A stretch of 64,000 nucleotides of DNA from an uncultured virus (IMG/VR IMGVR_UViG_3300020048_000016). Its lineage: Duplodnaviria > Heunggongvirae > Uroviricota > Caudoviricetes. Each line of letters starts with the position of its first letter. Within the stretch, counting starts at the first letter, position 1. The DNA is taken from IMG/VR virus record IMGVR_UViG_3300020048_000016. One strand, 5' to 3'. This document shows, in pieces, positions 29,786-41,542 of this stretch. The notes beneath the pieces were generated by a model. The model searched no databases. It worked only from the letters and a program-made list of their open reading frames with translations, and was not told the DNA's origin. The position numbers and the translations under genes were made by a program.

Positions 29786-30706
29786 ATGGAATTAAATTCG
29801 AGAATATTTGTAGCAGGTCATAATGGAATGGTTGGATCAGCAGTGGTCAGAAAATTAGAAGAATTAGGATATAATAATATAATAACATTAAATAGATCAA
29901 AGTTAAATTTACTAGATCAGAATGAGGTTGATAACTTTTTTAGAAAAGTAGGACCTGAATACGTTTTTCTTTGTGCCGCTAAGGTTGGTGGTATAAATGC
30001 AAATAAAAATAAAAAAGCAGATTTTATATATGAGAATTTAATGATACAAACAAATATCATTAAAAGTTCTTATAGTTATGATATTAAAAAGTTATTATTT
30101 CTAGGTAGTTCTTGTATATATCCAAAATTTTGTAATCAACCAATCAAAGAAGAATATCTTATGACCGGTGAACTTGAACCAACAAACGATGCTTATTCGA
30201 TTGCTAAGATAGCAGGTATCAAAATGTGTCAAAGTTATAATGAACAATATGGAACCAATTTCATATCAGCAATGCCAACAAATTTATATGGTCCTAATGA
30301 TAATTATGATCTGGAAAATTCTCATGTACTTCCTGCAATGATTAGAAAATTTCACGAAGCAAAAATAGAAGGTAAAGAATCTGTTGAAATATGGGGAACC
30401 GGAACACCAAAGAGAGAATTCTTATATGTAGATGATTTGGCAGATGCTTGTTTATTCTTAATGAAGAATTACTCAGGTAGTGAAATAGTAAACATTGGTA
30501 CTGGTCAAGATGTTACGATAGCAGAACTTGCTGTTGGTATATCAAAAGCAATAGGTTATGAAGGTAACATTAATTATAACACAAGTATGCCAGATGGAAC
30601 ACCTAGAAAATTATTAGATGTTTCTAAGTTAGAGAAGATTGGATGGAAGTATAGTACTTCATTGAAAGAAGGGATAGAAAAAACTTATAAAGATTATGTC
30701 AAATAA
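29786..30706 (+). CDS. fcl: GDP-L-fucose synthase
   Basis: [44 protein letters not shown]. Confidence 0.95.
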   Translation: MELNSRIFVAGHNGMVGSAVVRKLEELGYNNIITLNRSKLNLLDQNEVDNFFRKVGPEYVFLCAAKVGGINANKNKKADFIYENLMIQTNIIKSSYSYDIKKLLFLGSSCIYPKFCNQPIKEEYLMTGELEPTNDAYSIAKIAGIKMCQSYNEQYGTNFISAMPTNLYGPNDNYDLENSHVLPAMIRKFHEAKIEGKESVEIWGTGTPKREFLYVDDLADACLFLMKNYSGSEIVNIGTGQDVTIAELAVGISKAIGYEGNINYNTSMPDGTPRKLLDVSKLEKIGWKYSTSLKEGIEKTYKDYVK

Positions 30707-31736
30707 AATAGCATTAATAACAGGAATAACAGGAATGGATGGCTCATACTTAGCAGAACTATTACTAAGTAAAGGATATGAAGTTCACGGAATAATAAGA
30801 AGATCTTCTTCATTTAACACCGGTAGAATAGATCATATATTCGATAGATTAAATCTACACTATGGTGACCTAACAGATCCATTAGTTGTTTCAAATTTAG
30901 TATCAAAGATACAACCAGATGAATTATATAATCTTGGTGCACAATCACACGTTAAAGTATCTTTTGATGAACCATATTACACCGGACAGGTAGATGGTAT
31001 GGGAACTCTAGTTGTACTAGAAGCTGTTAGAAATCATTGTCCTAAATGTAAAATATACCAAGCATCCACTTCTGAATTATATGGTGGTATGCATTACAAT
31101 ATGCCAGAAACTGGATATACCGAAACATCTGTAATGCATCCTAGATCACCTTATGGTTGTGCTAAAATGTATGCTCTATGGATAACAAAGAACTATAGAG
31201 AGTCGTATGGTATGTTTATTAGCAATGGTATCTTGTTTAATCACGAAAGTGAGAGAAGAGGCGAAACTTTTGTTACACGAAAAATAACAAAAGCATTTTC
31301 TAAAATAAAATTACATCTAGATACACAGTACACCAAATTCGAAACTTTAAAGTTAGGAAACCTTTACTCTAAAAGAGATTGGGGATATGCTAAAGATTAT
31401 GTGTATGGTATGTGGCTTATGCTTCAACAAGATAAACCTGATGATTATGTTCTATCAACAAACGAGACACATTCTATTAAAGAGTTTGTTGAACTTGCTG
31501 GTGAAGAATGTGGATGGAATATAACTTGGATCGGAGAAGGTGAGAACGAAAAGGGAATTACCAAAGAAGGAATAATAGTTGTTGAGATAGATAGTAAGTA
31601 TTATAGACCTGCAGAGGTTGATGTACTATTAGGTGATTCAACGAAGGCAAGAAAAGAATTAGAATGGAAACCAAAAGTAAAGTTTACTGAACTAGTTAAA
31701 ATTATGATGGATTACGACAATAAAAATTTATTTTAA
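30696..31736 (+). CDS. gmd: GDP-mannose 4,6-dehydratase
   Basis: [43 protein letters not shown]. Confidence 0.95.
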   Translation: MSNKIALITGITGMDGSYLAELLLSKGYEVHGIIRRSSSFNTGRIDHIFDRLNLHYGDLTDPLVVSNLVSKIQPDELYNLGAQSHVKVSFDEPYYTGQVDGMGTLVVLEAVRNHCPKCKIYQASTSELYGGMHYNMPETGYTETSVMHPRSPYGCAKMYALWITKNYRESYGMFISNGILFNHESERRGETFVTRKITKAFSKIKLHLDTQYTKFETLKLGNLYSKRDWGYAKDYVYGMWLMLQQDKPDDYVLSTNETHSIKEFVELAGEECGWNITWIGEGENEKGITKEGIIVVEIDSKYYRPAEVDVLLGDSTKARKELEWKPKVKFTELVKIMMDYDNKNLF

Positions 31737-31738
31737 AT

Positions 31739-32443
31739 ATGAAAATACACATTTTATGGTGCACAATAAGACCTGCACAATTTCAATCAGCACACTCTGA
31801 GTGGTTAAAAAGAGCAGATAACCCAGAAAACATTCAAACATATGTTGCGGTAAATTGGAAAGAAAATGCAGACGAACTTAGAGAATATCTAAGTAAAAAC
31901 TTTTTAATAACATTAAATACCAATAAGATAGGTGTTTGTTATCCTTCTTATCAATTATCTTCTAACTTAGGAGTTAAGATGGGTAAATGTGAAGATAGTG
32001 ATATTGTTGTTTTTGCAAGTGATGATTTTATGGCACCACAAGGATGGGACACATATCTTAAAAATAAATTAAAAGGTAAGGGTGATGTAGGTTTAATGGT
32101 AAGAGATGGTTATCAATTACCAGATTCTTCAAATATGTTACACGCGGCTATTACTATTCCTATTATGACTTATGGTTGTTTAAGAAAAATGAATGGTATT
32201 ATATACCATCCTGCATACAATCATATGTTTTCAGATTGTGAATTATATAACAATCTAAAAGAATTAAACCTATTATATGATGATAGGTTGAACGATGAGA
32301 CAATTTTCGAACATCTACACTATGCTGCTGGTAAAAGAAACGCAGATCAAGCGGATCAAGCATATAATGCTAAATGGGCTGAAGATGATTTAACTTGGCA
32401 AAAAAGAAAAATTATGCCAGTAGAAAAAAGATTAGAAATATGA
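31739..32443 (+). CDS. GT-A fold glycosyltransferase (GT2-like)
   Basis: FASDDF, Y.HMFSD.E, EHLH. Confidence 0.65.
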   Translation: MKIHILWCTIRPAQFQSAHSEWLKRADNPENIQTYVAVNWKENADELREYLSKNFLITLNTNKIGVCYPSYQLSSNLGVKMGKCEDSDIVVFASDDFMAPQGWDTYLKNKLKGKGDVGLMVRDGYQLPDSSNMLHAAITIPIMTYGCLRKMNGIIYHPAYNHMFSDCELYNNLKELNLLYDDRLNDETIFEHLHYAAGKRNADQADQAYNAKWAEDDLTWQKRKIMPVEKRLEI

Positions 32444-33177
32444 AAATAACATTTTTTACAACAAGTACATTCTCTGATATACAAGAAACACAAAGTGCTT
32501 GTATAAGAAAACATTTTCCTGAATCAAATCATATTAAGTTTGACGGTAGACAAAACTGGTTTATGGTTTGGTATGACTGGATAAACTTTGCCAAAGATTT
32601 CGAATCAGATTGGTACATACATTTAGATGAGGATTGTTTTATAACATCAAGAGAAGAAATATTAAATCTTATTCAAGAGATGACTGACAATAATTATGAT
32701 ATTGCCGGACCACCTGATGGACATTTCGAATATAGAAGCGGTAACCATATGGCATTTAATTCATTTTTTATGATAATGAATAGAAAATGTATCGATTCTT
32801 GGCATAAGAGAAGCGGAACGCCTCAATTTAAAAAAGAATGGATCGAAGAATATCCATACGAGAAAAGAAACCATTCACACTATGAATATAATATGGAGTT
32901 TGGATCTTCTGGTAAACCATTAGGTATGATCTGGAAGCCAGAGACAGAACCTTATTATGATTTTATGTGGGTTTTAAAAGATTCTGGCATCAAATTTAAA
33001 TATTTAGAGCCAGTTTTTGGTGATGAATTTCAAACAACAAATCTTCTAAATAACACTATAATACATATGTGGCATCAGAGAGAAAGATTTGTTGATAATA
33101 TAGTTTCACCAATTCATAAAATTAGCAACAAATTAAGATATGATGGTGTAATTAATAAAATTAAAAAAGAACTATGA
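32440..33177 (+). CDS. Putative glycosyltransferase
   Basis: HLDEDCF DxD motif, H.W.R; cluster context; start at ATG 32440. Confidence 0.55.
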   Translation: MKITFFTTSTFSDIQETQSACIRKHFPESNHIKFDGRQNWFMVWYDWINFAKDFESDWYIHLDEDCFITSREEILNLIQEMTDNNYDIAGPPDGHFEYRSGNHMAFNSFFMIMNRKCIDSWHKRSGTPQFKKEWIEEYPYEKRNHSHYEYNMEFGSSGKPLGMIWKPETEPYYDFMWVLKDSGIKFKYLEPVFGDEFQTTNLLNNTIIHMWHQRERFVDNIVSPIHKISNKLRYDGVINKIKKEL

Positions 33178-34094
33178 ATATTTTATCAACATTAATATTT
33201 TCAGATCCATCACTTGGTTATAATAAAGCAGATTTTGAATTCCCAGTTGACTTAAATAGAAGATATCCCGCAAATGGAACCGGATTGTGCAATCAAGTTT
33301 TTAGATTTATAAACTCTATAAATTTTTTAGAACCAACTAAAAATTCAATATATTTTGATTTAGCTTGTAAAGATATAAATACCGGTGATATGACAAAATT
33401 ATCAAATATAATAGATATTGAAAGTATGTCAAATAAATATTCTATGAATTTATTTGACATAACTGATTTTAATTTTACTCACGAATTTAAAATTTATAAT
33501 GATCATGGTGTATTTAGATCTTATCAAAATGATGAAAATACATTTAAAGATTTTGCTAAAAAAATTATATGGAATGAAAAATTCGAAAATATATCAAAGG
33601 AGATTATTTCAAGAAAAAATTTAAATAATACTAAGGTAAATCTTGTACACCTAAGAATTGATTCTGATTATAAGAAACACATAATGGGTAATAGAACACC
33701 AAGTGATGATCAAAGTAGCGAATACTGGGTAAACCGAGAGAAAGCATATTATGAATTAATTGATAGATATAGATCAACAATAAAAGAAAATTGTGATAAG
33801 TCAATTCCTTTAGTATTATTAATGGACGAAACTACACATTCATTTGTTAAAGAACTTTCTGATGATTATGACTTAGTGTTTTTTGATAAATCCGAAGTTT
33901 TAGAGGTTGATGAATCTATAGAAGGTAGAGATACTTTTGCACTTGTTGATCTATTGATAGGAAAAAATTTAGATATAGAAATATTTATAGGTATGGAAAA
34001 TAATATACCTCTTATTGACGGTAATAAACACAGTAGTTCATTTAGTATTATGTTAAAATATATAACAGATAGCAAAAAAATAATAATGGTTTAA
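33174..34094 (+). CDS. Putative fucosyltransferase (O-FucT/GT-B type)
   Basis: GLCNQ...VHLRIDSD...D....FIG...SSFS. Confidence 0.6.
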   Translation: MNILSTLIFSDPSLGYNKADFEFPVDLNRRYPANGTGLCNQVFRFINSINFLEPTKNSIYFDLACKDINTGDMTKLSNIIDIESMSNKYSMNLFDITDFNFTHEFKIYNDHGVFRSYQNDENTFKDFAKKIIWNEKFENISKEIISRKNLNNTKVNLVHLRIDSDYKKHIMGNRTPSDDQSSEYWVNREKAYYELIDRYRSTIKENCDKSIPLVLLMDETTHSFVKELSDDYDLVFFDKSEVLEVDESIEGRDTFALVDLLIGKNLDIEIFIGMENNIPLIDGNKHSSSFSIMLKYITDSKKIIMV

Positions 34095-34777
34095 TGAAAA
34101 ATATTGTAGCATATAGTTTATGGGGAAACCATCCTATGTATTGGTTAGGAGCGATTAAAAATATAGAACAAGTAAAAAAATATTTTCCAGGTTGGATTTG
34201 TAGATTTTATATTGATAAAAATTCAGATCAAAATCTAATAGAAACTATTAAAGGTGATAATGTAGAAGTTATTCTAGTTGATTCAAAAGATTCTTTTCAC
34301 GGAATGTTTTGGAGATTCTGGGCAGCAGAAGAAGAAGAAGTTGACGTTTTCTTATCAAGAGATTGTGATTCTAGATTTTCCTATAGAGAAGTCTCTGCTA
34401 TAAATGAGTGGTTAGACTCTGATAAAGATTTTCATATAATGAGAGATCATCCATATCATACTGTTCCTGTTCTTGGTGGAATGTGGGGATGTAGAAATGG
34501 ACTTATGAAAAAGATAAATCTTACTGAAAAAATAAACCAATGGGGTAAATACGAAAGAAAAGGAATTGATCAAGAATTCTTAGGTCAAGTTATTTATCCT
34601 TTAGTTAAAAACACTACTATGGAACATTCCGAATTTGGATTAAACTATGGTGGTGAAACAAAACCTTTTCCAACAGAAAGGAAAGATTATGAGTTTGTTG
34701 GAGATGTGTTTGATGAAAATGATAATAGAAACCCCGACTACTGGGTTATGATAAAAAATCACATGAATAGATTATGA
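34094..34777 (+). CDS. Putative glycosyltransferase
   Basis: YSLWG...GMFWRF...SRDCDSR...MRDHPYH...GGMWG...DQEFL. Confidence 0.6.
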   Translation: MKNIVAYSLWGNHPMYWLGAIKNIEQVKKYFPGWICRFYIDKNSDQNLIETIKGDNVEVILVDSKDSFHGMFWRFWAAEEEEVDVFLSRDCDSRFSYREVSAINEWLDSDKDFHIMRDHPYHTVPVLGGMWGCRNGLMKKINLTEKINQWGKYERKGIDQEFLGQVIYPLVKNTTMEHSEFGLNYGGETKPFPTERKDYEFVGDVFDENDNRNPDYWVMIKNHMNRL

Positions 34778-36126
34778 AAATAGATTATGTTATAATATCA
34801 TCAGATGATAATCCGATGTATAAAGATTTTTATGAAATCGTTGCAAAAAGATGGTTAGATTTAGGTTACAAAACTTACTATATTAATATAACTAATGAAG
34901 ATGAGATATATGAAAATGAATATGGTATTGTTCATAAAATTAAATCATTAGATTTTATCTCAACCGGATTTCAATCACAAGTTGCTAGATTATTCTCTTC
35001 TAAATTTATTGACGGAAATATAATGATGTCTGATATAGATATGCTACCAATAAATCCGGATTATTACAACCAATATATAAATGAATTAACAGATGATAAT
35101 GTAATTATATATTCAGGTCAACCATATGGTGATGTTCCTTATTACCCAATGTGTTATGTACTATCAAACTCGAAAAATTTTAGAAAATACCTCGATATTG
35201 AAGATATGAATTTCAGCGAATATTGCAAAATGCTATCCGATACTTATGGACAAGCTTGGAATACTGATGAGAATTTTATGTATGATAAATTTGAAAATTA
35301 CAAGGATAATCTTTTGATTAAAAATGATAGAGACTTTTCTAGAAGAATTGATAGAGGTAATTGGACCTATAATCTTGATCTCTTAAAAAGAGGACATTAT
35401 ATAGATTCGCATATGTTAAGGCCTTATAATGATTATAAACCACATATTGACAAATTATTAAACTATATTAAAAAACCTAGTTTAAAGGTTGTTGTTGCTC
35501 ATTATAATAAGGATATTAGTTGGATTAATAATATTAATAATAATATAGATGTTGAAGTATATTCATCAAACAAAGATATTGATACCAGTATTTGTAAAAA
35601 TATAACAATAACACCAAACAAAGGAATGGATTCTATTATGTATTTAAGTTACATAGTGAACAACTACCATAATTTACCAGATAGAATATTATTTGTACAT
35701 CATCATGAATATGATTGGACACAAAATTATAGTTTGCCTTTTATTATAAATAATTTGAAATGGGATTGTGATGATTATTTTAGCATAGGTAATAGAGAAT
35801 ATTACGGTGATGTTCTAAAACAAACAATAAACGAACCTATTGATAGAGTAGCAAATCTACTAAAAAATAATTGGTATATATTCAAAGAGCATATCGAATA
35901 TCCAGATGAATTATATTATTATCCAGGTACACAATTCTGTGTTAGTAAAAATCTTATATTACAATATAATTTTGAATATTGGGAAGGATTGTACAAATGG
36001 ATATTATCTAATAATTTAGAAGATTATGATTGCGGAAGAATATTTGAATGGTGTTGGCACTATATTCTTAGTAAGAATTCAATCGAAAAGAATAGAGATA
36101 TAAAGGAAATATTATACAATATATGA
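34774..36126 (+). CDS. Two-domain putative glycosyltransferase (N-terminal GT-A-like, C-terminal DUF3431-like)
   Basis: MSDIDMLP; VVAHY...YL.YI..NY..LP...F.H...FE..WH. Confidence 0.6.
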   Translation: MKIDYVIISSDDNPMYKDFYEIVAKRWLDLGYKTYYINITNEDEIYENEYGIVHKIKSLDFISTGFQSQVARLFSSKFIDGNIMMSDIDMLPINPDYYNQYINELTDDNVIIYSGQPYGDVPYYPMCYVLSNSKNFRKYLDIEDMNFSEYCKMLSDTYGQAWNTDENFMYDKFENYKDNLLIKNDRDFSRRIDRGNWTYNLDLLKRGHYIDSHMLRPYNDYKPHIDKLLNYIKKPSLKVVVAHYNKDISWINNINNNIDVEVYSSNKDIDTSICKNITITPNKGMDSIMYLSYIVNNYHNLPDRILFVHHHEYDWTQNYSLPFIINNLKWDCDDYFSIGNREYYGDVLKQTINEPIDRVANLLKNNWYIFKEHIEYPDELYYYPGTQFCVSKNLILQYNFEYWEGLYKWILSNNLEDYDCGRIFEWCWHYILSKNSIEKNRDIKEILYNI

Positions 36127-36800
36127 AAATAATAATACTAGTACTTTCATCTGAAAATAAACCATATGATATTTTAGAAAAAACGATTAGGGAAACTTGG
36201 GCTAGAGAATATCCTGACAATGTTGAAATATATTATTATTATGGTGGTGCAGATATAAACTATATAGAAGGTGATAAGATATACTCTAACACTGAAGAAA
36301 ATATTTATAACATTGGTCAAAAAACAATAAACGCTTTTGAGTTTTTATCTAATAAAGACTATGACTACGTATTCAGAACAAATAGCAGTAGTTATGTAAA
36401 TATTGAATACTTATTGGAGTATATTAAAGATAAACCAAATAAGATGTTTTATCATGGCGTAGTTTCACATTATGAACCAGAGAATTTTAAATTTGTAAGT
36501 GGATCAGGGTATATAATAAGCAGAGACCTTATTGATCTAGTTATTGAAAATAAAGATAAATGGGATCACTCATTTCCAAATGCAGATGATGTATCAATTG
36601 GTAAACTTCTTAATTACTTTGGTGTGATTCCAACAAAAGGTATAAGAGTAGATATTGGAATCCACCGAAGAGATCATAGTATAGAAAATTTAACAAAACA
36701 AGAATTTGATAACAATTATCATTTTAGATGTAAATGTGATGATAGAAATGAAGATGTTTTATTAATGAAAAAATTAAATGAAATTGAAAATGAAAGATGA
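36123..36800 (+). CDS. GT31/galactosyltransferase-like protein
   Basis: IRETW...KT...YDYVFRTN.SSY...SGSG...DDV.IG. Confidence 0.6.
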   Translation: MKIIILVLSSENKPYDILEKTIRETWAREYPDNVEIYYYYGGADINYIEGDKIYSNTEENIYNIGQKTINAFEFLSNKDYDYVFRTNSSSYVNIEYLLEYIKDKPNKMFYHGVVSHYEPENFKFVSGSGYIISRDLIDLVIENKDKWDHSFPNADDVSIGKLLNYFGVIPTKGIRVDIGIHRRDHSIENLTKQEFDNNYHFRCKCDDRNEDVLLMKKLNEIENER

Positions 36801-37584
36801 AATTAAAAATGCAATACTTGCAAAAGAGAGATGGATAATTAATTACTTATCTGAGGATTTACTCGATTCAAATGTTCCTAAAAATAATGATCTAAAAATA
36901 GCAATTCAGATAAGTGGTGGTTTAAGAACATTTAACTTTATTACTAACTGGATTAATAAATTTGTTATAGAACCACTAAATGCTGATGTTTTTATACATG
37001 GTTGGGCTAATACTTTAGGAGTAGAGGAAAATACAAAACAAATAAGTAATTATCTAAATGTTAAATCATTTAAGATAAATGATATAAATTCAGATGAATA
37101 TAAATATCTTAGAAAAGAAAATTTAACACACGATAAAGTTTATGGTAATTACTTTAATGTTTATGAGTGTAATAAGTTAAGAAATATATATGAATCCGAA
37201 AATAATATAAAATACGATCTTGTAATTAAATGTAAATTCGATGCTTTATTTTTCTCAGATTTTGATAAAATAGATTTAGAATATATCTTAAATAATAATT
37301 GCGTAGGTATTCCAGAGGAATATTTTAAACTATGGTGTCCCTGGACAACCGATGTTTTAGCTATTACAAAACCAGAAATAATGAATAAATATTGCGATTG
37401 TTATCTATTTTTAGATGATGCATTAGTTAAATATTCAAATACAGAAGGTGCACTATGTTATAATTTGAATAAAAACATGTCAGATGTTTCTATCTATAAT
37501 ATATTACCAAATTTTGTGATAGATTATCCATTATTTATTTCATTTGATGAACTAGAAAAAGTTAATACAAGATTATACTATTAA
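36790..37584 (+). CDS. Putative glycan-modifying protein
   Basis: IAIQISG.LR...DVF.H.W...YDLVIK.KFD; cluster context. Confidence 0.5.
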   Translation: MKDEIKNAILAKERWIINYLSEDLLDSNVPKNNDLKIAIQISGGLRTFNFITNWINKFVIEPLNADVFIHGWANTLGVEENTKQISNYLNVKSFKINDINSDEYKYLRKENLTHDKVYGNYFNVYECNKLRNIYESENNIKYDLVIKCKFDALFFSDFDKIDLEYILNNNCVGIPEEYFKLWCPWTTDVLAITKPEIMNKYCDCYLFLDDALVKYSNTEGALCYNLNKNMSDVSIYNILPNFVIDYPLFISFDELEKVNTRLYY

Positions 37585-37600
37585 AAATAAAAATAAAAAT

Positions 37601-38707
37601 ATGATTAGAGAAAAATGCGTTATATGTGATTCTAACAAACTTAAAGATTTTTTAACACTAGATAATATGCCAGTTTATATGGGAGTTACAACTGAATTAG
37701 AATTTAATACAGATAAAATGATATTTTGTGAATGTCAGAATTGCAACAATATACAATTGAGAAAATTACTTGATATAGATGTTGTTTACTCACATAATCA
37801 CAATATAGATACAGTTGGTGATTTATGGAAAAATCATTATATTTCATTCCTTGAATTTGTCTCAGATGGTTTTAATGATAAAACAATATTAGAAATTGGT
37901 GATCCTTCTGCAAAAATAGCAAAAATAGCATCTAATTATAATAAGTGGATTATAGTTGAAAAAAATCCAGGAAATATATCTTCCGATAATATAGTATTCA
38001 TTGAGAGTTTTTTTGATAAAAACTTCCAAACAACCGAGAAAATAGATACTATTGTACACTCACATTTATTTGAACATATCTACGAACCAAAAGAGTTCCT
38101 TAAAAAATGTCATGAAATATTAAAAGATGATGGTGATATGTATTTCTCAATTCCAGATCTAAGATACTTTTTAGAAGGTGATTTTTTACCAAACTCTATT
38201 TTACAATTTGAACATACATATTTTATAGATGAATTATATGTAAATAAACTATGTAGTTATACCGGATTTAAATTAGTTAAAACATTTAGATATGCTAACC
38301 ATTCAGTATTCTTTCATTTATCAAAACAAAATGAGAACACCGAATCTGAATTACAATTCGATAAAATATCTGATAGGTTTCTAGAACTTTATAACACACT
38401 TATAAACAAAATAGAATATTTAAATGTTAAATTAAAAAATAGTAATAATGTCTTTCTATATGGCGCACATGTTACTTCACAATCTTATATATTCAATGGT
38501 TTAAACACTGATAATATTATTGGTATAATAGACGGATCTGATGCTAAATTAAATAAATATTTACACTCAACCGAATTAATAACCTATAGCACAGATATCT
38601 TAAATAAATATGATGATATATCCGTTATTTGTTCACATATGGGTATCTATGAAAAAGAAATATCAGATAAGTTGAAATCTATTAACCCAAATGTTATTAT
38701 TTTATAA
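37601..38707 (+). CDS. Class I SAM methyltransferase (NDP-sugar C-methyltransferase-like)
   Basis: N-terminal CxxC...CxxC, LEIG, HLFEH, EH.YF, YGA. Confidence 0.75.
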   Translation: MIREKCVICDSNKLKDFLTLDNMPVYMGVTTELEFNTDKMIFCECQNCNNIQLRKLLDIDVVYSHNHNIDTVGDLWKNHYISFLEFVSDGFNDKTILEIGDPSAKIAKIASNYNKWIIVEKNPGNISSDNIVFIESFFDKNFQTTEKIDTIVHSHLFEHIYEPKEFLKKCHEILKDDGDMYFSIPDLRYFLEGDFLPNSILQFEHTYFIDELYVNKLCSYTGFKLVKTFRYANHSVFFHLSKQNENTESELQFDKISDRFLELYNTLINKIEYLNVKLKNSNNVFLYGAHVTSQSYIFNGLNTDNIIGIIDGSDAKLNKYLHSTELITYSTDILNKYDDISVICSHMGIYEKEISDKLKSINPNVIIL

Positions 38708-38752
38708 ACACTTATACTTTATTTAATATAACTATTAAATAAATATTTTAGA

Positions 38753-40123
38753 ATGGAAATTAAATTTATAATATTTGATTTAGATGGTGTTCTTTTAGAA
38801 GCAAAGGAGATACACTACGAATCACTAAATAAGGCACTTGGTGAAAAATATTACATAACTTGGGATGAACATTTGAGTAAATATGATGGATTAAAAACAT
38901 CTCAAAAATTAGAAATGTTGAGTATCGATAAAGGTTTACCAAGTGATATGTATGATGAAATTTGGAATAATAAACAAAATTTCACATTAGAGTCCTTATC
39001 TAATTTAGAAAAAAATAGTCAATTAATATCTTGTATTAAATCACTAGTTAATGATGGTTATAAAATAGCAATTTGTTCTAATAGTATTAGAAAAACCGTA
39101 TTAACAGTTTTGGCTAAATTAGGAATAATTGAGTTTATGGATCTAATAATTTCAAATGAAGATGTTAAAAACTCAAAACCTCATCCTGAGATGTATTGGA
39201 AAGCAATATCAATGATGAGTTTTTTACCAGAACAAACTTTAATAATTGAAGATTCACCATATGGTCTATTAGCAGCATCTAGAAGTGGATCAAATGTTTT
39301 GAGAGTTGTATCACCTTCTGAAGTAACATACTCTAATATAAATAAAAGAATAAATGAAATAAAAAAGACCAATAATATTATGATACCAAAATGGAAAAAT
39401 GAAAAGTTAAATATACTTATACCAATGGCTGGCGCAGGTAGTAGATTTGAAAAAGCAGGTTATACATTTCCAAAACCTCTAGTAGAAGTTAACGGTAAGC
39501 CTATGATACAAGTAGTTGTAGATAATTTAAACATAGATGCTAATTATATTTATGTCGTTCAAAAATCTCATCGAGAAAAATACAATCTTGATACTATGTT
39601 AAATTTAATAACACCCGGTTGTAAAATTATTGAGGTTGAAGGTATAACAGAAGGTGCTGCTTGTACAGCATTGTTATCCAAAGAATTTATTAATAATGAT
39701 AATCCTTTGTTTTTTGCAAACTCTGATCAATTTGTAGAATGGGATTCAAATGAATTTATGTATAAAATGCAAGAGTCTAATTGTGATGGTGGTATTGTAA
39801 CATTCAAAGCAACACATCCAAAATGGTCATTTGCTAAAGTTGATGAACTTGGCTTTGTTAGTGAAGTTGCAGAAAAGAAACCCATTTCAGATATTGCAAC
39901 AGTTGGTTATTACTATTGGAAAAAAGGTTCTGATTTTGTTAAGTATGCAGAAGAAATGATTAGTAAAGATATTAGAGTTAATAATGAGTTTTATGTTTGT
40001 CCTGTTTTTAATCAAGCAATTGAAGATGGTAAAAAAATAAGAACTTTTGATACTAGTGGAATGTGGGGCCTAGGAACACCGGAAGACTTAGATTACTATT
40101 TAAAAAATTACAAAAAAATATGA
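38753..40123 (+). CDS. HAD phosphatase fused to nucleotidyltransferase (NTP-transferase fold)
   Basis: FDLDGVL...KPHPE...IEDS; IPMAGAGSRF...PKPL...GLGTPEDL. Confidence 0.85.
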   Translation: MEIKFIIFDLDGVLLEAKEIHYESLNKALGEKYYITWDEHLSKYDGLKTSQKLEMLSIDKGLPSDMYDEIWNNKQNFTLESLSNLEKNSQLISCIKSLVNDGYKIAICSNSIRKTVLTVLAKLGIIEFMDLIISNEDVKNSKPHPEMYWKAISMMSFLPEQTLIIEDSPYGLLAASRSGSNVLRVVSPSEVTYSNINKRINEIKKTNNIMIPKWKNEKLNILIPMAGAGSRFEKAGYTFPKPLVEVNGKPMIQVVVDNLNIDANYIYVVQKSHREKYNLDTMLNLITPGCKIIEVEGITEGAACTALLSKEFINNDNPLFFANSDQFVEWDSNEFMYKMQESNCDGGIVTFKATHPKWSFAKVDELGFVSEVAEKKPISDIATVGYYYWKKGSDFVKYAEEMISKDIRVNNEFYVCPVFNQAIEDGKKIRTFDTSGMWGLGTPEDLDYYLKNYKKI

Positions 40124-40857
40124 ATCAACAAGCAATAAGTTTAGGTTGGAGATGTGAATCAGCTCAAATAGGAGTATCATTAGGTTTAAGATCCACTAAA
40201 TCAGAAGGCTATAATACTTGTCCATTTGATCTTCATAATAGCAATTACTTAGGTGTTATCGAATGTATCAAAGACGACTTTAAATATCTTACTGATCCTA
40301 AATATTTAAAATTAATTGAAGGTACTTTTTGCTCAGAACATTTTGAAATGCATCAATCTCCAGTTAAAGAATATCATATTGTTAATACATACTATGGTTT
40401 TGCTTATAATCATGAATCACCAGGACACGGGAATTTATATTTAACTGAAAATTGGATGGGAGGTATTAATCACTTCGTAGATAATAATTTTGAAAAATTT
40501 ATAGAAAGATATAATGCTAGAATAAATAATTTTAGAAATTACTTAGCATCTGGTGATAAAATAAACTTTATATTGATGAGATATAATTCAATTCCTAACG
40601 AATTGTGTAAAGCAATTGAAGAAAAACATCCCAATCTTAATTTTGAAATTCATTCTTTTATTAATTATAGTGAATATACCTATAATATGACACATAAAAA
40701 AGATGATAACTCAGTACACGAATGGGAAATGGATCAATGGAGAGTAATGGGAATAACCGAAGAAAGTCATCCTGAAGAATTTGAAAGATATAAAAGACCT
40801 TTTTTAGAAGGTTTATTAAATGAGAATGACAAAAGAATAAAAATATATAATTTTTAA
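40120..40857 (+). CDS. DUF1796-like (putative papain-like) protein
   Basis: ISLGWRC...PFD...RY..RI.NF; start at ATG 40120. Confidence 0.55.
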   Translation: MNQQAISLGWRCESAQIGVSLGLRSTKSEGYNTCPFDLHNSNYLGVIECIKDDFKYLTDPKYLKLIEGTFCSEHFEMHQSPVKEYHIVNTYYGFAYNHESPGHGNLYLTENWMGGINHFVDNNFEKFIERYNARINNFRNYLASGDKINFILMRYNSIPNELCKAIEEKHPNLNFEIHSFINYSEYTYNMTHKKDDNSVHEWEMDQWRVMGITEESHPEEFERYKRPFLEGLLNENDKRIKIYNF

Positions 40858-40864
40858 ATAATAA

Positions 40865-41539
40865 ATGATAGTAATAGCAACTAATAATGGTAAGAAACTG
40901 TTGATTGATCTTCTTTCTGATTTAGAAAAGATTAACCCAAAGTGTGGTGTTTCTATAATTGATACACAATCAAGCGATCTTGATAGTCAACTATTTCTTA
41001 ATAATATCGAATTAGAGAATCCCTATAAATTTGATATTAAAGTATATAGAACTCCATATCGTGGATATGATAGTGGCGCATATATGTATGCTATGAATAA
41101 CATAAAAGCAGATAGATTTTACTTTATGCAAGACTCTATTAGAATAAAAGATTTTAAAATATTTGAAAATATTGATAAGAAATTAAAGATTGGTACTATA
41201 GTTCCTTTGATTACATTTCCATCAAATCTATATGATAGTCAAGAACAAATAGAGTTTTGTTTAAAAACATATGGTAGATCAGAATTTACTAATGGAATAT
41301 TTGGTCCTATGTTTTCTATATTAAATGAGGATGTTCAAAAAATAAATAAAAAATTTTTAGTTTATCCTACAAATAAAATATTACAAATGGGACTAGAAAG
41401 AGGATGGGGAATTATTTTTGATATTTGTGGTTTTAATATAGAACCACTAGAAGAAGAACCAGATTTTGAAAAATCATGGGATAAATTAATGAATGACCAA
41501 TTTTCACAATTTAAAAAAATTGTTTGTTCTAGACCATAA
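40865..41539 (+). CDS. Putative glycosyltransferase
   Basis: GYDSGAY...FMQDS...LERGWG; cluster context. Confidence 0.5.
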   Translation: MIVIATNNGKKLLIDLLSDLEKINPKCGVSIIDTQSSDLDSQLFLNNIELENPYKFDIKVYRTPYRGYDSGAYMYAMNNIKADRFYFMQDSIRIKDFKIFENIDKKLKIGTIVPLITFPSNLYDSQEQIEFCLKTYGRSEFTNGIFGPMFSILNEDVQKINKKFLVYPTNKILQMGLERGWGIIFDICGFNIEPLEEEPDFEKSWDKLMNDQFSQFKKIVCSRP

Positions 41540-41542
41540 TAT